A DNA stretch of 60,247 bases from Candidatus Aceula meridiana (GTDB taxonomy: Bacteria > Omnitrophota > Gorgyraeia > Zapsychrales > Aceulaceae). The DNA is taken from the NCBI GenBank assembly GCA_030765185.1, contig JAVCDE010000011.1:1-60247 (forward strand), written 5' to 3'. A program made the translations under genes and the position numbers. Every line of letters begins with the position of its first letter. Within the stretch, counting starts at the first letter, position 1. Under the pieces are notes generated by a model that was given only the letters and a program-made list of their open reading frames with translations, did no database searches and was not told the origin of the DNA. Below are positions 18,901-27,500 of this stretch, piece by piece.

Positions 18901-19151
18901 AGGCTTTTTTTATTGTGAAGAGAATTGCTGGGGGACCTGAGCAGAATGCGCCGTGCTGGGATCACTTGAACGTGCTTTTAAATCAAGGAACGCAGGCTAT
19001 TTCTTGTGCTGAATATTATTGCCGGATGAACTCGACTGCACCGTCTGAGCGAGGCCCAAATAAGTCTAAGGATGTAGCAGAAGAGACATCTATGTTTGGG
19101 ATGCGTTTTACCGAATGCCCCGGTGGTAGGCCTTTTATAACAGTTCCCTAA
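15918..19151 (+). CDS. TadG-like large pseudopilin/tip adhesin (~1077 aa), Cys-rich
   Basis: RG|QIAIILLVVISIVLMLVAVAINLGK...KTQMQITADSTAASLAS (TadG N-terminal pattern); two further hydrophobic segments; many Cys. Start 15918 or 15942. Confidence 0.85.
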   Translation: MLQTINKIMKDCLRIKKRNRDRARGQIAIILLVVISIVLMLVAVAINLGKISMTKTQMQITADSTAASLASNMASYSESLYRTIILPSRQTGDHGKNFGLTRRNSSERLSTMITIVICAVAIIISCICPPTSALTAPLLASGIIGGIVSTGALVYQTAVVEPMFQSMWAKQFKDLPYADQFIKMGTNFALQSAATDSVQIPDTGDYNMDGFYCQEDNPNCAYKTSRFGVKVTKGSTSTIPESAVNKAKRFGQTLASFMFSQNYASGLDRSIVIDPNYLLTAPDGVFVPDEWGVFDHDGIKGANTHDPSSTTLGDLDPCLTDNQCNPACIPQKSSYNSHVDLYSVYENLALTSGQTKCPGTTDIDPEICSDPNTPWCFAGDELYEDPDNTFESFRELIGRDDENMYLLGGMSKQLRDLNAVKLLAADKQFSSKDATGVYEALWKLYLTDLDKSTSPFQFVNGGECFWKTTDASGCEDTGLWELQSVGGNGPPPCAPNCYVRSNIDPLKVTGMTGNENLCYSDDEDVPEEDFFWKKGVNAYCNDYEPPYYMCDQKSCDAGSPNCEQNCQTPEAAEEACELYSCNEDEEGDSVPNQELWRSDRAETLRESEGIDDFVKFAYSLLRKTPNNLIRDLNSWYPIFLQWRDIYLPEWAERIDELQGFYQDFDTWTASEDPNYFCPKGCADSAACTKDEVATCLSTKKNVYDACLTDCTAANCTDIATELGVAFDSCSASFKQTAHLYREMFRYRGELLTSLTNDYDDLFTLGPDGKLTIARTNIYGFLSDYNINNNLLDLDASLNSGEWLGFDKGIYVWKDADEPDGTVGLWHVVRTDVKIPTRCNEQCFRDLEPDSKYNDGDNFPAEEPNFPEIVRWDRGGANVFHTLTDYNCKGRCGIHNYKENKNNYDKCGSGRRNKTSYKEDQVNGGDNNGNNKCFKGGLVGARVARYDQPRSQAFSWATNVEFWKTLFKNPSVATVVSPNINAVCSDYLDLGNPEGEAFFIVKRIAGGPEQNAPCWDHLNVLLNQGTQAISCAEYYCRMNSTAPSERGPNKSKDVAEETSMFGMRFTECPGGRPFITVP

Positions 19152-19195
19152 ATTCAGTAGGGTTAGACAAACAAAACTATATTAATATTTTATAA

Positions 19196-20053
19196 ATGTT
19201 ACTTGCTATCATTCTTCTTATTTTTACATGCGCTTTTCTTTTGGCATATCTTATTTTGCCAAGAGTTTTTCAGGTTGTAAAGGTTGTTGCCAACAAGCGC
19301 GAAAAAAAACTTTCCGATAAAATGGATGCGATGTATTTGCAATCTAAGGGAAAGCGGGTGATGTTGGTTTATGCCTTGGCCCCTATTATCTTTGGCGGCC
19401 TTGGTTTTTTTCTTTTTGCTGGACAACTTCGGCTTTTTGCCGTGATCGGTGGAATTGTTCTTGGATTCGTCGGGCCGGGAATATATTTTAAGTTTCTTGT
19501 CGGCAGACGAAAGAAGATGTTTTATAACCAGCTTATTGATTCTTTGATGATGATGAATAGCTCACTAAAAGGTGGCTTAAGCCTTTTGCAAGCTATGGAA
19601 GTTGTTGCTGATGAAATGCCGATTCCGATTAGTCAAGAATTTGCTATTCTTATAGGAGAGAATAAGATGGGTGTTTCATTGGAAACATCTTTTGATAGGC
19701 TCTACAAACGGATGGAATCTGCTGCCCTTCAGCAGTTTATTTCGGCAGTTCTTTTGGCGCGTGAAACCGGCGGAAACCTCCCAATCATTTTTAACCGCAT
19801 TATTGGAACCATCCGGGAAAATAAAAAAATTCAACAAAATATCGAAACCCTTACCCTTCAAGGAAAGCTGCAGGGCTTTGTTATGTCTCTTTTGCCGATA
19901 GGATTTGCAGCTTTTATTTACACCTCCACCCCTGAGCATTTTGACATTATGCTTGAATCTACTTTGGGGCGTAATCTTTTAGGTCTGGCTGCAATTCTGG
20001 AAGTTGTTGGGGCTATTATGATTATAAAAATTAGTCAAATTAAGGAATTCTAA
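19196..20053 (+). CDS. tadB: TadB (T2SSF-family inner-membrane platform protein)
   Basis: QLIDSLMMMNSSLKGGLSLLQAM...ETGGNL...IRE...TLTLQGKLQG; multiple TMs. Confidence 0.9.
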   Translation: MLLAIILLIFTCAFLLAYLILPRVFQVVKVVANKREKKLSDKMDAMYLQSKGKRVMLVYALAPIIFGGLGFFLFAGQLRLFAVIGGIVLGFVGPGIYFKFLVGRRKKMFYNQLIDSLMMMNSSLKGGLSLLQAMEVVADEMPIPISQEFAILIGENKMGVSLETSFDRLYKRMESAALQQFISAVLLARETGGNLPIIFNRIIGTIRENKKIQQNIETLTLQGKLQGFVMSLLPIGFAAFIYTSTPEHFDIMLESTLGRNLLGLAAILEVVGAIMIIKISQIKEF

Positions 20054-20057
20054 TTAT

Positions 20058-20939
20058 ATGCTAGTTATGATTCTTATCTTAGCTTTTTTTTCAGTTTTTA
20101 CTTTTGTCTTAGGTGTCGCTTCAGCGATTCAACTAGAGGGCCGTCCCACGCTGGACAGAATCATTGGAAGGACTACCCAGAAAAAACAGAGATTTGGGAT
20201 TTTTCGTCACTTAATACGGGCACTAATGTTTTTTAACAAACCTCTTTGCGCTGGCCCCATAGGAGAGCGCATGAGGAAGGATTTAAATTTATCACGCGTA
20301 GGGCTTTTCCCTGAGGAATTTATTTTTGTTAAGGAATCAGCCGTCATTCTTTTATTGTTTATTACCTATCCTTATTCTGATCCGAACAACAGAATGTTTT
20401 GGCTCATTGCAATGATTGCGGCAGGATGGTATTTGCCGGAGTTCTGGATCAAGACAAAAATTAAGAAAATTAAGAACCAGGTTATTAAAGACCTTCCTGA
20501 TGCGATTGATCTTTTGTCTCTTTGTGTTAATGCTGGGCTGGATTTCTTGTTGGCTCTAAAATGGGTTATTGATAAATCTGTGCCTTCGATTCTTATTTTA
20601 GAGTTGAATCATGTCTTGCAAGAAGTCCAGGTTGGTAAGCCTAGAAGAGATGCTTTAGTTGATTTTGCAAATAAGTATCAGATTCCGGACCTTTCCACTT
20701 TTACCCGGGCTTTGGTCCAAGCAGACCGCATGGGAACCTCTGTTTCTGACGCCTTAAATATTATTTCAGAAGATATGCGTGTTTCTCGCTTCCGAAGAGG
20801 CGAGCAAACAGCTCTTAAAGCACCTTTAAAAATGCTCTTCCCTCTTTTGTTTTGTATCTTCCCCGTTGTTGGCATTCTTGTTGCCGGGCCGATTCTTTTA
20901 CAGTTTATGCAAGAAAATCCTCTCAAAGCTCTATCATAG
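20058..20939 (+). CDS. tadC: TadC (T2SSF-family inner-membrane platform protein)
   Basis: DLPDAIDLLSLCVNAGL...GKPRRDAL...QADRMGTSV...KAPLKMLFPLLFCIFP. Confidence 0.9.
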   Translation: MLVMILILAFFSVFTFVLGVASAIQLEGRPTLDRIIGRTTQKKQRFGIFRHLIRALMFFNKPLCAGPIGERMRKDLNLSRVGLFPEEFIFVKESAVILLLFITYPYSDPNNRMFWLIAMIAAGWYLPEFWIKTKIKKIKNQVIKDLPDAIDLLSLCVNAGLDFLLALKWVIDKSVPSILILELNHVLQEVQVGKPRRDALVDFANKYQIPDLSTFTRALVQADRMGTSVSDALNIISEDMRVSRFRRGEQTALKAPLKMLFPLLFCIFPVVGILVAGPILLQFMQENPLKALS

Positions 20940-20947
20940 TAATTTCT

Positions 20948-21423
20948 GATTGGACAATTTGATTTTATTGAAAAAATCAGTAAATTTTCGCTATTTATTT
21001 GAATAAAATTTCCTCATGCGCGTCCAATCTGGAATTTATAATGTCCAATCAATAAAATATTTTTTTTCGTGATATTTTTTTGAAAAATTAAACAAGCCCG
21101 CCATTAGCATTTTATATCATAAATATATTCGGAAAAAGAAAAAGAAAAAATTTAAAACGAAATTTTTGCAACGGAAGATAGTTCTTCTTTTTACGTTTTT
21201 TCTGATTTACCGGCGAGAGATAGGATTTCCTAGAGGGGGTTAAGGAGAAAAAAAGGACAAGCTTTTTCGTGGGCTTTTTTTCTTTTTGTCTTTTTTTGGC
21301 GAGCACCTTGACAGCTGTTTTAAAAGGAAGCGTTTGCTTTAAAGGCCTTTTTCAGAAAACATAAGAAATAAGTTAAATAAATTATAAATTGTTGCAAAAT
21401 ATAGACTTACAGAATGTCCAATT
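20948..21423. promoter_or_regulatory. Recurrent (T)GTCCAAT motif upstream of the giant gene
   Basis: Copies at 20948-20956 (reverse, GATTGGACA), 21022-21029, 21042-21050 and 21415-21422 (next to the -35 box). Confidence 0.45.
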
Positions 21424-21424
21424 C

Positions 21425-21452
21425 TTGACACTTCAAGAATATATGTTATATT
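21425..21452 (+). promoter_or_regulatory. Sigma70-type promoter of the giant gene
   Basis: TTGACA(21425-21430)-16 nt-TATATT(21447-21452) with extended -10 TG at 21444-21445. Confidence 0.7.
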
Positions 21453-21473
21453 TTAGTTGTCGTTAAGAAGAAA

Positions 21474-21573
21474 AAAGCCACGGAAAAGCCACGGAAGAAG
21501 TAAGAAGTTTGGGACGTTATTTTAATAGGTAAAGGGCTGTGGCTTTGAAGAGGGAAACAAAGACGCAGCCCTT
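21474..21573 (+). promoter_or_regulatory. Structured 5' leader of the giant gene
   Basis: Tandem AAAGCCACGGA x2 (21474-21495); hairpin AAGGGCTGTGGCTTTG/CAAAGACGCAGCCCTT (21532-21573) just before RBS AGGTGG. Confidence 0.55.
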
Positions 21574-21590
21574 AAAAATTTAGGTGGATA

Positions 21591-24500
21591 ATGAGCAGAC
21601 TTAGTTCAACAATAGACATTATCAAAAACTCTTATAATAAGATTCAAAGTCTTATACTAAGAGTTCTTTTTTTTGTTTATCGTAAGTCTACTAAGGCCGA
21701 AGTTCAAGCCAACCCAGAGCTTGCTTTTGTTGAGGCTCAAGAGATTCAAACCGCTAAAGATCAAGAAGCTGCCCGCTTAGCAGAATATGGCCCGGCATTT
21801 CAAAGCCGAGTCAAAGACTGGATGCGTCTTGTTGCACTCACTATTTTAATCGTTTTTATCCCGGAACAAGTCAGCTGGGCGTTTAATTACAATCCATCTG
21901 TTTTGTGGAGTCGCAGAGGCGCTGATGGATATTTGTCCACTCAGGCACAAGGCACTAATTCTGTCGCAGAAAACATCCAGCATCTTTTAAAACAAATCGC
22001 TGAAAAAGAAAATCCTAGAGTCCAGGTTCCTTTGCCTAGCCCTGATGCAGAAACTCAGAGTAGTCAAAAAGCCATTTTAGTTAATTCTACTCTAACCTTC
22101 ACAAACGAATATATCCAGGATATTTTAGCTTGGCTTAGAAATCCTGAAACCCATCCGTTAAATTGTGGTGTTTATGCCTTAAGAGACCTATTAGCCATAC
22201 ATCAAATTGGCCTTGAAGTTGAGCAGGTTTCTGTGCTTACGCTTACGGTCGATATTTTAAGTAAGATTATTAAGCCTTCTGATGAAAAGCTTAAGACTTC
22301 GCTTTACGCTATTGAGAAAATTGCCACAGCCTATGGGCTTGACATGGCATCTTTTAGGGTGGATATCTCTGATCTTTCCAAGATTGAAGGGCCATTTATT
22401 GCGAATTTAAGGCCGGAACACTTTGTTTTTGTGGCAAGCGTAGATGAAGAAAATGTTGTTTTAAAGGATGTGGGTGAGACTGCGGTTGTTCCTTTAGAAG
22501 AATTTGCCAAGGATTTTACTGGGTTTGTTTTGGCGCCTAAGACTGATGCGGTAAGCGAAGCCGAAACAGTTTCAGATGAGAAAAAGGCATTTGTCTGGGG
22601 TTCACGTTGGCGTAACCAATTTGAAGACGGTCTGCCGGGAACAATAACTGGCAAGCAAGTCCTTATTAGTGCTGCTATCGACATTGCTTCAATGATTTTA
22701 TCTTTTGGAATGGCTGGGGGTTTAAAAGCCGGGGCGGATGTCGCGAAAATTATCGCTCAAGCCATACAAGCCTATATTCTTTCAAAATCTATCAGCGAGA
22801 TGACAAACGCTATCGGAAGAGGACAGGCTCTTAAGTGCATGGATAAAGGAGGTAGCGCAGAGGAATGTAAAGATGCTGGGGAAACTGCCCATATCATTGG
22901 CGTTGTTGTTTCGACGGCCTTGACACTTGCTATGGGCACAAGCGGTTTTAAGGAAACAGTTACAGAAGAAGTAGTTACAAAGGCTGGAGAAGAGGTCATA
23001 ACAGGCATTGTTGTAGATGAGCTTGGGGTACATGTTGTAAAAGAGGTGGCAACAGAGGCAATAACTACGACTACGACCGAGTTGGTAAAGATGGGAACGG
23101 CAGAATTTATCGGAGCAGTTGCCAAAAACTTGTTAGTAGGCGCTGGAGTTGGTTATGCTAAGGCTGTTGTTCAGATGAAAATTTATAAATATTTAGATGA
23201 AGAGCTTAAGATGGACGACAGCGTCTTGCGCGATGCTATTATTGCTACGGCTGTTTCTTTAGCCGGATCTTTGACAACTGTTGTTGTCGCAAGTGGGGCA
23301 GAGCTTATGCTTAAAGTAGCCGGATTCGCCAAGGTAGACATTGATGGCGGTTTTGGCCTTCAAGATGACACTGGAAAAACGCTATTCGGTGAATTTTTTG
23401 CAAAAGTAGGAGACACATTAAGCAACGAGTGGAAAACGCAAAGAGGCCAAATCGTTGGTATTGCTCTTGGATCTCTTGGTGAATATCTTGCAGAAAAATA
23501 CGAATGGTTTGGCGGCGGTGATGCCAGCAAAACATTTTTTGTGCAAGCCTTAACGGAGCTCGGAAATGCGACAGGACAGGTTGTTTTTGAGGAAATGCTC
23601 TCGCCTAATAGACAAAGACGTTATTTTAAAGATGAGAATGGGAATTTGGTTAGATGGAAGGATGTCAAAAAAGATAGAAAAGAAGAGCTTCGAGCCAACA
23701 ACTCAAAAGATTGGCGAAAGAAATATCACGATGAGAGGAAAAGCGCGCAGTGGTTGGTCCTTGGTCCAGATGCCTTTACGACAAAAGACATAGACACTCT
23801 TCGCGACGCGTATAAAAAAGAACGTCAAGAGATTTTGGACAACAAGAAGCTTTCAAAAGAACAGCAAGAAATAGACCTTCAGGTCTTGGATAAAAAATAT
23901 GAAATGAAAATAGACAAGCTTTACGTAAAGTATGAAACAGCCCGTCAAAAGATTTTGAACGAAAAGGGGCTTTCAAAAACGCAAAAAGAAGAAAAGCTTA
24001 AGGCTTTGGAAGAAAAGAACGGAGTAAAGCTGGTCTTCATGCTCGACGACTCTGGAGATCCTATGGATTTTCAAAGCCCAGGGCACAAATTGGTTGGCAC
24101 CCTTGCAAGGGGAAGCATAAACGCAGCTCTTGCTTTTAAGTTTGATAAGATTGCGATGAAAAGACGAAAACAAGGCAAAGAAACAGGTTCTGGATTTTAT
24201 GCCTTAGCTACTTTAACGACAGCGGCTGCTGCGGGTCTTTCCGCCGCAGCATGGGAAGCCATTAATATTAAAGGAAGCAGGGCGCTAGCTAAAGAAGAAT
24301 TATCTGAAGAAATTGCTGAAGCGGCAGAAGCACAAGGCATTCAACTCACTAAATCAGCCTTACGAAAAGCAACACGTCAAGCCTGGAAGGGCGAAGATGT
24401 TGAGATTCCCGCTCTTTCTAATGAGATCAAGCAACTTAGAGAAGAATGGGAAGCTGCGATAGTTTCAAAAGATTTTGTCACCGCTCTAGCACTTGCTGAA

Positions 24501-27500
24501 GAGATTACCGAAAAAGAAGCCAGTCTTGATAATTTTAAGCATAGCGATGTTAGCGTTTTCGAGATCAAGCAACTTAGAGAAGAGTGGGAAGCTGCGATAG
24601 TTTTAAAAGATTTTGGAACCGCGCTAGCGCTTGCTGAAGAGATTACCGAAAAAGAAATTGGTCTCAACGTAAATACAAAGGCAGAGTTTAAGCTTGATAA
24701 AAAAGCTACAAAACAAATTGAGAAAGGGTTGCGCCAGGGCTATCGCCAAGGCAAAAAAGGCTTGCGGGAAGGTCTAAAGGCTAAAGGGTTAAAAGGTAAA
24801 AGATTTAAAAATGCCTTCACCGATCAAAAAGCAACTCTTCTCGATAAGTTAAATATTGTTGCAGGAGCAAAAGGTGAAGATAAGGGTGTTAATGTATCTA
24901 CGGCATCGCAGGATAGGAAACTTGCCCGTCTGCATTCCTTTCAGCTGAAGACATCTAGGGCAGAAGCCAAGAAGAATTTAGAAAAAGAAATAATTGATGA
25001 TGCAAAAGCAAGAAGCAGAGAACTGACCGGCAGAGATCTGAGGAAGGCCGTTAATAAAGGTTGGGAAACCGAGGGGACTCTTGATAGGAAAGGCGACGAA
25101 ATTAATAATTGGAACGCTCAGGGCGAAGCATATTTTAATGCAAAAGAAAAAGATCTCGCTGCCCTTAAGGCCTCAATTCCTAAAACCAACGCGGGAATAG
25201 CGTTAAGCATCGTAGGCGACGCAAAAAAAATCACGTTGCTACGTTTAAAAGATTTTGCAGACGACTATCTTTATTTCGGTGGCATAGGTTCCAACACAGG
25301 AATGACCTTACAGGATGAACAAAACCGAGAGGCCCAAGGCAAAACGAATTATTACAAAGAAGGAGTTCAAGGCTTTAATAACCGTATCGATATTATCATG
25401 AGCTTGAGCGGATTAACCCTCGATTGGGCTGTTGAGTTTGATAAGGGCATGGAAAAAGCCTTAGCAAAAAATGCTGCAAAAGTAGATGATCCGACGACAC
25501 CGTCTATTGACGAAGGCCCAGAGTCAGAAGAAAAAGTTATTAGCGACTACATGTTTCACGGGCTTATCAATGTTACTCCTCTTAGCGCCACTATTGCTTA
25601 TCAGACACAGAAACTTCGTAAGGCAGTTTCGCAAAACATTCTTTCGACTTTAGAATATGCCAAAGGCCCTCTTGACCTAAGCTTGTTTGGCTTAGGCGAC
25701 CGTTCTATTGAAAATATTTTGCTTACGCCGAAAGATAGGTTTAATGTCAGGGCAGATTCATTTTCTTCGTGGGATAGAATTATTAGGCGCAAAGACGAAG
25801 ATGGCAATAGAGTAAAAATTGCTTATGGAACTAGCGACATCTTGAGCAACGGCCGGGGAACCATTGACTATAAAAAAGTTACTCAAAAAGATAAAGCAAC
25901 TAAAGAGAAAACACAAAAAGGATGGGTTAATTTTAATATTGAAGACGTTGTTCTGCCAAACATTTCGCAGGCACACCAGCTTATCAAAGGTGGCGAAGAG
26001 CTTGCTCTGTTTGGCGAGGATAACAAAAGCATTGCCTATTCTGATTCTATTTCTGATGCATTTAAAAATAGGCGAAAAATAAAATATAAAATAATTTATA
26101 AAGATATAACAGCTCTCAAAATAAAAACAGACGTGATGGGCTTTAAAGGAAAAGGGTGGGGAGGAGCGAGCTTAAAAGGAGAGCCCGAAGAGAGCAGAAT
26201 AGTAGCCAAAGGATATACGAAAGTCGTCATTAACAATCCAGCTGGTAAAAAGGCCCGCGCTATTGCCAGTCCGAGACGGATGGATGACAAAGTTGAATTT
26301 TCCATTCTTAATTCCGACTGGGCCGGACAGTTTGTAAATATTAGCGGACACATTTCTTTTTCTGATAAAAAATCGCGTAAAGGCATTTTAGGAAAATTAG
26401 GCCTGAAAAAGAGAGTCGATAATGGCATCGATAGCGATTTGTTTATGAAAGCCAGCGGAAGCTGGGGATATTTGAATACAGTTGAAAAAGATATTTATTT
26501 GACGAAAGACGTCCCTTTAGCTCGTTTAAAAGCATTAACGCCGGATGGATGGATAGGGACTGGCGGTCTTAGCAACGACCCTCTAGAGATTATCCATCAA
26601 GAAGAAACAACCAAAGTAACAGTTAAAGATTCTGAACAAGTGGGATATGACGCCAAAGAAGGCTACGCCTCGATTAACACAAGAATTTATAATGACAAAA
26701 ATCAAGGCACTATTAAGGCTGATACTTTAGATGCGCAGGGCAAGAAAGGTTGGGTAGAGACCGGAGAGCATAAGATAAAAAAGAGATATGTAAACAATAG
26801 TTTAAAAGCAAAGATGAAAGGATTAGGATCAGGCTTTGATCTGATGGGCAATCTTAAGGGAAAGCTGTGGGGAGGAATAGATAGTCTTTCAGAAGCATAC
26901 CCTCTAACACCAATATCACCGCGTAAAGCATTTTCAGAAGAAGATTTTCAAGAGGTCCAAGAAGTAGTTAAAGATACAGCAAAAGAGTACGATAATCTTT
27001 TAACCGAAGAAATTGAAAACCCTTTTGTTGCAAGAACAACAAAATCAGGAAAAAATGCTGTTTATTATTTTGAAGGAGATAACGCCAGGAGTACATTAAC
27101 CGGTATTACCAAAGGTGAGTTAAAAAAAGAAATAGCAGACAATCTTATACACCGCGACGGTAAAACAGAACGAGGCTATACATTTAGGCTTCAAAACGCC
27201 CTTAATGCCATTGATCAGCTCGAAGAAGTTGGTGATGGACTGCGAAGCACATATTCTCTGAAGGACGCCCTTGTGAAGTCGGGCTTAAATGGTGTTGATA
27301 TCGTCGCCCAAGAAGGCCTTGCTTTTGTTTTTTCTCCGTTTTTAGACCAAAAAATAGAAAAACATCAAGCCGAAGAAGGCAAAGTCATTACTGCCGTTGA
27401 TGAGGATAAAATCATTTCACCTTCTGAAGATAAATATGTTTCTGATCAAAAAGAATTTGAACAGATTGATGAACTTCAAATGAATACTGACGAAAAGAAC

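Noticed and set aside
839-21306. Short antisense or alternative-frame ORFs over the tad genes (e.g. 15159-15644, 5392-5802, 21112-21306)
   Set aside because: Shadows of well-supported genes or low-complexity intergenic sequence.
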